Source of the DNA: the human T2T-CHM13v2.0 reference genome, Homo sapiens
Assembly (NCBI RefSeq): GCF_009914755.1
Contig: NC_060931.1
Reading direction: 5' to 3' (one strand)
Length of the DNA stretch: 64,000 nucleotides
How positions within the stretch are numbered: position 1 is the first letter of the stretch; every line of letters starts with the position of its first letter. This document shows positions 25,481 to 36,885 of this stretch, one piece after another. Under the pieces are notes generated by a model that worked only from the letters and a program-made list of their open reading frames with translations, ran no database searches and had not been told where the DNA came from. The translations under genes and the position numbers were made by a program.

Positions 25481-25564
25481 CAGTGGTCCCCAAGGTGTGG
25501 TCCCTGAACCAGCAGCATCAGCACCATCTGGGAATTTGTTAAAAACACAAATTCTTGGGCACCA
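25481..25564 (-). mobile_element. MER5A opposite terminal ~85 bp, inverted relative to 23591-23650
   Basis: CAGTGGTCCCCAAGGTGTGGTCCCTGAACCAGCAGCATCAGCACCATCTGGGAATTTGTTAAAAACACAAATTCTTGGGC. Confidence 0.82.
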
Positions 25565-25587
25565 AATACACCAAAGTGGAGAATGCA

Positions 25588-26245
25588 TGACAGTCTGCAT
25601 TAGGATACCATGCAAACCAGGTGCTTTTGAGCAAAGGGGTATTTTATAGTCACTCAGTATCATTTGGGTTCAGAGAAGGGGACCCGAGCTGTGGGTGGCT
25701 TGGCGGGGAACAAATATCTTTTGTCCATAAAAAGCTCCAGCCCCATGTCTCAGCCAAAGTATGAAACTGTTCCCTGTCTTCTCTTCTTCTTATTTAGGGG
25801 TCAAAGAGATTGAGAGGCCAGCTTGGTGGGGGCATTGACCCTTTTACTCAATGTCCTTACAAAGTAGAGTTATCTATCTCTACTTTGTAGGTTCTATCTT
25901 CTTTCCTGGAAGCCTTCTCCACTCAGCCTCTAGCTTCAACCATATGAGAACTTTGACTTCTGAAATTGGAAACTAGCATCCTCATGGATGTGGTAACAGA
26001 AGAGGCCATTGTGTGTTCTTGGAGGGACATTGAGCCATCTCTGCATAGCTGAGATGAATATGATTTTCACTGTTGCCAGCAGGGCCCTGTTCATTCTGGT
26101 GGGCCGTTAAGGCGGGGCACAGCAGTGACCTGGAACCTTCTTAAGGGTCCCAGGCTCTTCCTGAATGGAGATTGGATGGATTTCTTGAGTGGATCAAGGG
26201 CAACCTCAAGTCCAACCCAATTTTTGTAAATTTATTATTATCATG
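25588..26245 (-). repeat. Right arm of a ~660-bp inverted duplication
   Basis: Reverse complement aligns to 23661-24328. Confidence 0.97.
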
Positions 26246-27221
26246 TTGGGTGTTACTTAGCTGTGTCGAATGCTATCTTTGAAAGTTTTGAAAACTAGAA
26301 AACTAGACTGCTGAAAATAAATGTTCTTGAGTAAAAAAATGATTCACCAGGGTTTTGGTAAGGCCACAGAAATTTGCTGCAATTCCTGTGTTGGTTCATT
26401 AGACCCAGCTGCTGCTTTAGTGAACACCTCTGCTATTCCAGCTAAAAAGGAGAGGAGGACCTTTGGCAAGTATCTTGGCAACAGCTGCCACTCCCAAACT
26501 GCCTGGATGATCACATGCTCCAGGGTGATGCTTCTGTCCTAAGGCTGCTTCAGGCTCACCAGGAGTGCTTTGATTTAGTAGGATTCCACAGCTGTAGCCA
26601 TTCTACCTCTCTGGACTTTTCAGTTACCCAGGCTAACATGCATTCTTTGCTCTTTGAGCAGGTTTGGTTGGGTTTTCAGTGACTTATAAGTAAAGGCAAC
26701 TCAATTAATAAATGGACGTTTGGTTTTATTACACTAAAACCCAGGTAAGGTAATCCACTTAAGTACCTGGATTGTAAGACCAGAAAGGACACTGTTGCCT
26801 GTAATTAGCAGGTGATTCCTCTCTCCAATGGGCTCATCCAGAGCATAGGTCACTACAATCCATTTGGAACACATTGGATCCCAGCCCTGTTAATGCTCTT
26901 CTGTATGCAGTTGGTGTTATTTCACATGCCCATTCAATGAGCAATGAGTGGCTTCCTCTTGATTTACATACCTGTAGCTCCTTCTAAGGCCAGGAGTTAC
27001 CATGTGTCTCATCTGATGACTAATACAGACTGATTCAGTTAGCATCATCAGGAAAAGAAACATTTACACTAATTTGCATTATAACCTTTATTTTGCAAAG
27101 CATTGGATCTTCTCAGAAGCAAAGCCTGATACGTTAGGATCCTAGATGAAATAAATGTTCTTATTTGCCTTAACCTCCATGTAAACTAAAATAGGATCTA
27201 GTAAGTGTTGACAAAAGTGGT

Positions 27222-27578
27222 TGATATGGTTTGGCTCTGTGTCCTCACCCAATCTCATCTCAAATTGTATTCCTCATATGTGGAGGGAGGGAGGTGGTTG
27301 GCTCATGGGGATGGTTCCCCCATGCTGTTCTCGTGATAGTGAGTGAGTTCTCATGAGATCTGATGGTTTTACAAGGGGCTCTTCCCCCTTTACACACCCT
27401 CTCTCTCACCTGCTGCGATGTGAGACATGCCTGCTTACCCTTCCGCCATGATTGTAAGTTTCCTGGGGCCTCCCCATCTATGTAGAACCATAGGTGAATT
27501 AATAAATTGACCTTTTGTTTATAAATGACCCAGTCTCAGGTGGCATTCTTCATAGCAATGTGAAAACAGACTAATACA
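27222..27578 (+). mobile_element. THE1D-like solo LTR (MaLR)
   Basis: TGATATGGTTTGGCTCTGTGTCC...GACTAATACA; perfect 5-bp TSD GTGGT. Confidence 0.93.
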
Positions 27579-29044
27579 GTGGTTAAGCTACACTTCACAT
27601 AAATAATTATTTCCACAAAGCAGACGCTAAATCCTTCATCAGAGTCACCTGGAAGAGTTTGCGTGTGATGTGGCCATAGGATGTCACCACACTGTTTACT
27701 CTTAAAACTGTTGATAAGTATTTTTGCTTTTATAAGCCTGAATGCAAAATCACCTTTTGTTTGCAGAATAGCCTTTCCTTGCTGTATTGGAAGCTGGAGC
27801 ACACACTTAAAGAAACAAAAACCCAAAACCAAACTTTATTTTTTGTTTTGTTACAAAAGTCTTTAGAGGCTACCCTTTCCCGTAACTCCTCTGCAAGAGT
27901 CCCCCCACTGCTACCACCAAAGCAAAACATCAGTCATTCATATTTCAGGTAAGCACATCAAAACAGCATGTTCTCCAGGGGACTGTTTGGATAGAACATG
28001 AATTGAAGACATTGCTTTTCACCTGTAAAACAAGGCCGTGTTTTGTTTTATTCTGTTCTAATTAAAAATTGTGTCTTTCTTGAATAATTTTCTTGCCTAC
28101 CTCTCTTTGTGAACACAAATTTGACAGAACTGGGGCAGACAGAAAACAGGCATTTATTGCAATCAATATTTGTAGGAACTTGTACATCTCTTTCACAGGA
28201 AGGATGATGTCTGTAAGTTTATAGAGGAGCAGAGGTGTAGGAAAATCTACTGGGGAGTGGGGGACAGAGGAGCCTATTCTAAGCTGTGTAGAAAATCAAG
28301 TGGATAAAAATTATAGAAAGAAATTTCTAGTCTAGAACTTTTGGGCTGAGATGAATTTTGTGATTTAAAAAATTATCACGTAGCAACTCCATGCCATTTG
28401 TGGAAATCTGAACTGCTTCCAAGAGTGTAACAACTGAGCTTCCATAACTGCAAGTGTAGTGTCTAACGACTTCTTTTGTTTGCCTTCTTCTCTGTGGTTG
28501 TTTGGAGGTCCGTGGCTTCCCACTGACCTGTCTCCCATCCTGGGCATGTCCTCACCTCGGGTCAAGAGAGTGTGTTTGCTGGAAGAGGTGCTCCTGAGTG
28601 GCGGTGCCGCAGCCACAGTGATGTATCCTGTGTGGTTCTCGGTTTCACATATACTTTTTGTTTGTGTTTTCTTCTACCTCTGGAGGGGAACATAAATTGA
28701 CCCCGATCTCTTTCCCAAATGCTTCAGTGTTGGTTTTTTTTTTTTTTTCTCATGGTCCTTTGATTTTTTTCAGAAGAGAAAACTGAACGCCAATCCAATT
28801 TCAGTAGAAAATACAATTATAACATAAATGGCTACATTGTTTGAGGAGTGTTCACTGGTATCTCAGGGCCTGCCACAAGGGGATGGGCAGGTGGAATTCT
28901 GTTCCAAGCAGCATTCCTTTCTGAGTTAGGTCTTACCTTTGAGTCTCCTGCTTATTGGACAGCAAACACTTCCTTCTTGCTCGGGGCTCATCTCTGCAGG
29001 TTTTCTTATCTAGACCCCTCCTGATTCCTACCCCTGCTTGTCAC

Positions 29045-29468
29045 TGTTATAAGTTCAGTTACAGTGCTTCCAAATTCAGTGTTGACATCCTAGCCCATAC
29101 TTCCTCAAAATGTAAACTCATTTGGAAATAAGGCTATTGCAAACACAATTAGTTAATTTAAGATGAGGTCCTACTGGAGTAGGATGGGCTGCTATTTCAA
29201 TGTGGCTGGCATCCTTACACAAGGGGGACATTTGAACATGGAGACAGACACACTGAGGACACCATGCAGAGGCTGGGGTTAGACTGCCACCTTTCAAAGC
29301 TAGGAGAGAGGGCCTGGAACAGAAGCTTCCCTAGAGCCTTGAGGGGAAACGTGGCCCCACCAACACCTTGATTTCAGGCTTCTAGCACCAGAACTGTAAG
29401 ACACTACGTTCTGTTTAGGCCACTGAGTCTGTGGTACTTTGCTACAGCAGCCCTAGCAGACAAACACA
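29045..29468 (+). mobile_element. MLT1B/C solo LTR
   Basis: ATTTGGAAATAAGGC...TTAAGATGAGGTC...CAACACCTTGATTTCAGGCTTCTAGC; TSD GTCAC/GTCTC (4/5). Confidence 0.88.
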
Positions 29469-30289
29469 GTCTCTCATCATCACCACTCCTCCAAACACAC
29501 ACTCACCAAACTTCAGCTTTCCCATGGTCCTTTGTATCCCGGCCTTCATCGACAACCACCTAAACTACAAAGCTGCCAGCTGTGACCGGACCACCACAAG
29601 CAAAGGACCCCATGCTGTATCTGCTCAACCCACACCTGGGGAATGTAAACTAAGTGCACCCTTTCTTACTGAAGGCAGTGTCCCCATGGCAGGCAGTGCC
29701 ACCTTGGGGAAGCCAGCGGCTTCTACAGGGCACACTGGCAAAGCTTATTTTGGTTTGAGACACTGAGAGACCTCAGAAGTCAGTAACATAGACATTGCTG
29801 CTTTTGAGACAAGGCCAGCAGGGGAGTGTGTTGGGAGAGAGAGGACAGGTTCAGGTGGGAGAATGGAGAATGGAGGGGCCAAGGCTGGGAATAAAGGAAG
29901 TCTTTGTCCATAGGTCCAGCAAGTCACATGGTACAGGAAGCCTCTCAAAGTTGTTTCCTCTGCTGCAACCCCACTCTGGCCATATCGTTGGCAGGAAATT
30001 CCAGCCTGTGCATGCAATATTTTACAGCAGGTACAGCTTTCTATGGCTTTTTTTTTTCTTTTACCCCAGAAGCATTTCCTCAAAAATGTTCTCACTGACT
30101 GGAAAATAACCTTGACCCATTTATTACTGTCCTCCTATACTTTATTCAAACCCAGGAGAATCTGCAGGCCCCTGTGAAACCATGCTGTTAAAGGTAGGAG
30201 GAAATCAAGAGGGAGAACGCCTTTTGCTCACAACAGCGCTTTGGGAGGTTCATGCCCAGAGAGCGACATTTGTCCCTGGGAGCAAACTG

Positions 30290-30570
30290 TAAATTACATC
30301 ACAAATTAACATTTTAAAATTAAAGCTGGCATTTCTGACCTGCTGCTGGCAGCCACGATCATGCTGCAAAGTGACATCATTTATGACACTGGCAGTTAAG
30401 AAGCCCAGTGTTTGAGGTCGTAAAACAGTTTCCAGGCCTGATTTAATATCGATTTTGCTGTCAGGCTAACTTTACTTTAATATTTAAACAAATGTTTAAT
30501 GTTTAAACAGCTTGATTTTTCCTTTTCCATTTTTCTGTAGCTTTAACCCAGTGTTATCTATGTCGTAACA
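30290..30570. promoter_or_regulatory. Candidate developmental enhancer (posterior HOX/TALE motif cluster)
   Basis: TTTATGAC 30380, GTCGTAAAA 30417, TGATTTAAT 30439, CTGTCA 30458 and GTCGTAAC 30562 in sequence with no recognisable repeat; motif evidence only. Confidence 0.4.
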
Positions 30571-31934
30571 ATTTCTCCTTGGGCCGGCTTCCATATTATA
30601 CTGCCCTATCTTTAGCAACATTCTCCGATGAATCATCCCAAGCTATATCATGCATCTAAACCTTTTCTTTTTCCTTGCGATGGAATGACCAGCCTATTTA
30701 TGTATGTATTAATAATTTCTGTTGTATGGATGGCATGATATTGTATTGCTACAGGATAGGTATATCGTTAGACCCATGGGGGCAATGACCTTCCAATAAG
30801 CAGAGGATAATTTCTCACCTGAAGAAGTAGCAGCACCACCAGTAGCTTTGGGAATAGGCAGACTGGACCCAGCAGAAGGAACAGAGGCCGCTTGCTCAAA
30901 GGAATCTGTGGGTTTGAACTAAGGCAGCCCCTTATTGTACAATATTTTTTTTTTTTTAGTGCGGGCAGAGTTTGATTTCAGTTGTGCTAAAATGATAAGG
31001 TGCTTTTTGTCAATTGGTTTACATAACTCCGGTGGAAGCTGCTTGTATCTTGGGACACAATATTGACAATATTCTCAAGAGGAAAGTAAAATTCATGAAG
31101 TGCACAGCTGGGAGCCACTTCCTAGTCGCCCCTCCTTCTAGGGCCACATACAGACTAACTACTAAACCACCTAGCAAAGCCCAGCTAGAATGGAATAAAA
31201 CAAGTAAGTTATGATATGTGCAGGGCACAGGGGGTAGTATTTTGCTTTAATAGGGAGTCCCTTTCCCCTTGCATTCTTAACTTAGATGTCCTGCCTATTT
31301 CTTCTGGGGTTTGCAGAATTTCCCCATTTCTTTTTCTGCAGAGATAAAAGGGCAGCCAATTTATGAACTGCGTACCACGGGGATTATAAATCTCTCATTT
31401 GTCTACTCTCATTTCCATCTGATGTATTTTTCAAAACAATAGCCTGAATTCTGCTTTTAAAAATATTATCTGACTAGAGACTTTGCTTGAAATTCCAAGG
31501 ACCAAATGAGCTTTCTGTTGTCTAAGATACTCCTAATTATTCTGTCTCACCACTCATATGCATTATAAATATATAAGGAAATTCCATGGCTTTTGAAAAA
31601 AACCCCAAATTACAAGTATTCATCTTACTGAGAGCTCTATATAGAACTACCAAGTCCCAAACCACCAAATCCAAGGATGCTTCATTTGTTAGAAAAACAA
31701 GGGAATTGTTTTTATGAAGCTGGTCTTGATCTACAATTCGGTTTTTTATAGGCTACTGTCTAGGGATCCCCCGTGCCTCATCTTTGATGTTTGGGAGTAA
31801 TTTCTGCCTCTTTGTGGAAGTAAAGGTAATGTTTTTAGCTGATTATGACACTCTGCCAAAAAGATTTGGTTTCTTAAGGCAGCAACCAAGAGATAACCTT
31901 GACCTTTTAGTCACATTGACCAAAGCAAGTGAGT

Positions 31935-32056
31935 ATGTGTGTGTGTGTGTGTGTGCATGCATGTGTGTGTGTTTGTGTGTGTGTGTGCATGCATGTGTGT
32001 GTGTTTGTGTGTGTGTGTGTGTGCATGCATGTGTGTGTGTGTGAGTGAGAGAGAGA
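31935..32056. repeat. Compound (TG)n/TGCA microsatellite followed by (GA)n
   Basis: Three TG runs punctuated by CATGCA and two GTTT interruptions. Confidence 0.95.
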
Positions 32057-32151
32057 AAAAGGAGAAGAAAAAGGATGCAAGGGGAAAGACTGTTTAGACT
32101 AGGCTACACAACAGTACCCCCCTTGTTCTGCGGCTTTCAAAAAACCATTTT

Positions 32152-32443
32152 GGCCTGGGGTGGTGGCTCATGCCTCTAATCTCAGCACTTTGGGAAGCTG
32201 AGGTGGGTGGATCACCTGAGGTTGGGATTTCGAGACCAGCCTGGCCAACATGGTGAAACCCCGTCTCTACTAAAAATACAAAAATTAGCTGGGCATGGTG
32301 GTGCATGCCTGTAATCCTAGCTACTCGGGAGGCTGAGGAAGGAGAATTGCTTGAACCGAGGAGGCTGAGGATGCAGTGAGCCAAGATTGCGCCACTGCAC
32401 TCCAGCCTGGGCAACAGGGTGAGGCTCTGTCTTAAAAAAAAAA
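32152..32443 (+). mobile_element. AluS, full length
   Basis: Dimeric Alu; TSD AAAAA(A/G)CCATTTT. Confidence 0.95.
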
Positions 32444-32489
32444 GCCATTTTTACAAAGAGTAATGCTGAACTGCACATAGAACCCCTCG

Positions 32490-32615
32490 GTGGGCATGGG
32501 TAGGAGTTCTTATTAAAAATGCAGATCCTCAGGCTCCTCCCCAGACCTAATGAGTCAGAATTTCTGAGTGTGAGGCCTACACAGTTCTTACAACGCTGCA
32601 GTTTAAGATCCACTG
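32490..32615. mobile_element. MER5-family fragment
   Basis: TTATTAAAAATGCAGATCCTCAGGCTCCTCCCCAGACCTAATGAGTCAGAATTTCTG. Confidence 0.7.
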
Positions 32616-33379
32616 CAGTAGATCATATCACCTCCATTCGGGATAAGTGAAAAAGAAAACTGATCCCCGATAAAGTGATCAATACAAGGAAATGTGAAGA
32701 AAGGGAAACAAAGCAACTTATGATCAACACGGCCATCACACATAATCACAGAGATCAGGGAGAAATGGACCAACTGCATGGAGTCTTCTCTGAAACAGAG
32801 TTTCTGGCCAACCTGGCCCTCTAGCTGTGTGGCCTCTCCTTTGCCCTGTAACCAGGGACCCCACATTATTTGTGCCTTCCTCTGATTCCCTCTTTACCAG
32901 ATTCCAGTCCTTCACATTGTCTTTCTTTTTGGGTTTCCATCATAAGAAACTTTAATAGCTGCCTCTTCTGCCTGCTCTTTAAGGGTCTCTTTGCCAAGGA
33001 GTGGTGGCAGGTAACGTCAGTGTCATGGCCCAATGGGCAGTGTAGGCAATGCCTGTTCATTTACCAGGGATGGACTAAGGTGAGTGTGCAGGGAAGACAA
33101 AAAGGAGCAGTTGGAGGAAGGACAAGTTGGAAAAGAGGAAGAACAAGGTGGGAGAAGATACACAGTTGAGAGTGGGTTTCTGCTTTGCCATATATTAGTT
33201 GCTACTTTGCATACATGAAAATTTACCTGCTGGGGAAAGGTGGCCTAGAGATGGCAAAAGGTGGGGAGGTCTGTGGTAAAGGAATGCATTATCTGCCCCC
33301 TTTGATAGCACAAATGTGGCTCTGCCCTCCCCTCAGACCCGTTCACCAAAATAAAAATAATAATACTGATGGTTGGTGC

Positions 33380-33760
33380 GATCTGTCGGGAACAGTCCGG
33401 CAGCTGAGCGCTGATTGATGACAGACTAGGATTTACTGGTGGTAATAAGGCTCTGCGAGATTGCCAAGCAAGTGAAAATAAAGGTGTGATGATTGAATTA
33501 CATATTCTCTTTCTGCGATTGAAAATAATATCAAACAACTGACTCCGGTGCCAGACAGATTACATAAGCGCAAGTTAAGTGGTAGAATAAAAATGAGTAA
33601 TTTTTCTCCTTGACTTAAATACAGCACTAAGTAGTGTGCCCTTGAATTCAGCAGAAAGCAATTTCCTCTTCCCCAGTAACAGCTAGGGGGCATTGCAAAT
33701 GCAAATTGAGTTAGCTTTGCATTTTTAATATTCCACATATCCATAATTCACTGCTGAGAT
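33380..33760. promoter_or_regulatory. Candidate enhancer (PBX-HOX/MEIS composite plus octamer)
   Basis: TGATTGATGACAG 33412-33424, ATGCAAAT 33699-33706 and several retained CpGs; motif evidence only. Confidence 0.45.
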
Positions 33761-35640
33761 TTTAGAGATGTTATTGCTACCACTTGGGCACATTTAAATT
33801 ATTTTGCCCCTCTGAACTTTTGCATTAACTTTAACATGGGCTCTTAAGATATATGTTTTAATCTACAGAGAGGCCTGTGCTTGAAGAAACTCTAGTTACT
33901 GTGACAGGAGCGCCCAACAGCCCAGGACAGACTGTTGTTTAACTTGTCATGTTCTCTTTCCAAGGGGAGCTTGTTGAAATGAAATAACTCCTGCTTAATA
34001 GAAAAAGATAAAAACTTCAGCCACTATATTACAATGTGTGGCCTTTCTCGAAAGAACATAGTGTCCACCATGTCACCCAGAGCAGTGACATAAGAAGCAT
34101 CTTAGAGGTTTGTAGTGAGCAATGAGAATTTCATTGGCTGGCAATCAATAGTAACACAATTCCTTTTTGAAAACCTACTTCCATAACGTGTAACAGCATT
34201 AAGCTTACCTTATTGGGAGTGGATGAGACCAGAGAATATCAAGAAATAAGGAAACAGCATGTCTCTTGCTGTGTTTGATCAAAAAAAATATCAGCCTCAT
34301 GCCCCAACTATTTGGGATCATTTTTTGACCTGAGGGCAGTTGCTAAGTAACTAGCAGAGTCTGAGTCTGTGAATCTTGCTAAATTCTCTTTTGAGAAATA
34401 TAACTGATATAGAGTCTTCCTAACAGTTTCAATTCCTTTTTGAAGCTCTGCTCTAGGCTGTGGCAGAAGCCAGGTTGCTGCAGAGGTGGCTTCATACCCC
34501 TGCAGGAAGCTGGCCAAGGGAAAATGGTATTTCAGGGGAAGAAAATAGGTGATATTTTTCCTTTCTTTCCTTCCTTCTTTCCTTGCTTCTTTATCCTTCT
34601 TTCCCTTTTCCCTGTCCTTCTTCCTGCCCTCTTTTCTTCCCTCCCCAAGGAAATGAATTAGGATGCTTTGGGAAATATATTAGGTTTATAGAGAAAAATA
34701 AGAAGTTAACATATATCTTAATGATTAAGAAGGAACTTTATACAATTTGAAGTGAGGGAACCTAATTCCTTCATTTTTCTCCAAGGTCATGCTTACATTT
34801 TAGATCAGGGTATACTCAAGTTTTATCAACTAGATTCACCTGTGCATTGGCATGCTGAATTATAGATTGTTTAAAAAGCACTACTTCTGCGTCCACTCAT
34901 GAAGAACACAGGGGTCCAGATAAAGACTTTGAATATCCAATTCTGCTAGGAATGAGTTAAAAAAGGAATGTCAGTTACAGTCCCCCTTTCTGTACCTTTC
35001 CTTCTTCTACCAAACCTTTCTTTGCAACCGCCGTGGGATCGGATTCATATTAATGAGCTGAATTAACCCAAAGGTGTTTACTATGAACATTGTGACTGTT
35101 TCAAAGAGCCAGCCAGTCCCTTCTCTCTCCCATCCTTTTCTGTTTTGGGGTGAAGGTGCCCTCCTCTTGATGATGATGAGGGAATTTTCTCCAGTCTGGC
35201 TTTCACTACTGGGTCCCTTTTGGGCTCTTGGCCAATTTACTCCACTCCCTGACCTCCAGAAATCAACAGGCAACCCAGAAGTCTTTAGATCTTTTTAGCT
35301 CTACTCTCACTTCCTTGCCAGTCAGCCTCGAAGAAAGCAAAACTGAAAAAGACCAACCTTGAACTTGGTCTTGATAGAGCATGTGGAGAAAGCCTTCTTG
35401 GGTTCCATGAGGGAAAGGGGACTCAGTTTTATCTTCCTCCTCAGTTCTGCTTCCATTTCTTTGTCTCCATAATAGTTTTTCATTTTCTCTGTTCTATTTT
35501 TTCTGTCCCATTATTTTTCTGTTCTGTTGTTTTTCATTTTCTTACTAGAAGATCTTTGTAATGTCCCTGGAAACCTCTCTTTCCAGATAGTTCTCTGAAG
35601 TCCCATGTTATAAACACCAAAGGTTTTTAGCATCTTTTTA

Positions 35641-36120
35641 TTCAAAACAATTTATTGAGTGTCTACGTACTATGTACTGTTCTAGGTGCTGGGGTACAGT
35701 AGCAAACTGTACAGACAAAAGTCTCTGCCCTGTGGAGCTTATGTTCTACCAAGGAGAGAGACATTTAATAAGGAAATATCATCTAGTATGTTAGAAGGTG
35801 ATAAGTACTATGGAAAATTGAACAGACAAATGGAATATAGGATGGAGAGCTGCAAATTCAACAAGTGTGTTCAGAGTAGGCCTGGTTGAGAAGGGGTATG
35901 GGCAAGGACTTGAAGGAAAGGAAGCATTCAGCCATGTGGGTGTCCATGGATAGAGCACCCCAAGCAGAGGAAACAGCCAGTGCCAAGGCTCCAGGTGAAT
36001 CTGTTCAAGGAGCACCAGGGAGGCTGATGTGGCTGGAACTGGCCCAATGAGGAAGAACATTGCAGGGCACGTAGGGGCAGATTTTGTAAGCTCTTGAGAC
36101 CACTGCGAAGACTTTGGCTT
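35641..36120 (-). mobile_element. L2 3' fragment
   Basis: ATTTATTGAGTGTCTAC...TTCTAGGTGCTGGGGTACAG...AACAGCCAGTGCCAAGGCTCCAGG. Confidence 0.85.
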
Positions 36121-36744
36121 TTATAATACTTCACTGACTTTGTGTTTTTCAAGGGCAAATTTTACCAAACACTAGGTCCTGAGGGAAACTGCTTTATCTA
36201 ATATATTCAAATGATTTATAATTAGCATACAAATTGTATATAAAAAGGCACTTCCAGAAGGCTCAAGAAGTTTGTTCTCTTTAGCGGTATAAACATCTTT
36301 TTTTTTTGCAATCTTTTCAGTCTTAGTTGTTTTGCAGCCTTTAGCCTGCTTTAACCCTCTAAGAGATACACTCATTCCAGTTTCTGTCTAACCATACAAA
36401 TTCCATGTTGGGTGTGGTTTTTCTCACATAGCATCATAGATAAGCCAGAATTTGGTTCTTAGCATAAGGTTAATAAGACACAGACATCTGAAAAGAATTG
36501 CCTACGTTTAATTATTTGGCATACTGAAGTTAGCATTTAAAATTTTATTTACAGCAAAGGGATAAAGTAAATAGTTTGGCTTAAAAACTAGTTTAGAAGG
36601 AGATGCCATTGTTTATTTTTTTAAATTAGTTAATTAATTAATATTGGTTAGGAAATCACAACTTCATTGGAAGGCACAGGACCTGGACTCTTGATAACTA
36701 GACACCATATATTCATGTATGTTTTACGATATATTTTCAAATGT

Positions 36745-36885
36745 GTGATCCCATCAGATGCTTGTAATGCCGTAAATGGAGGGGGCAAGTGTTGCTGTCT
36801 GTATTTTTAAAAGAGAGATTACAAGATTCACTCAAGGTCACATGGTAACGGGCAGAATTGGACTTGAATCAAGATCTTCTGACTT
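36745..36885 (-). mobile_element. MIR fragment
   Basis: CTCAAGGTCACATGGTAACGGGCAGAATTGGACTTGAATCAAGATCTTCTGACT. Confidence 0.7.
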
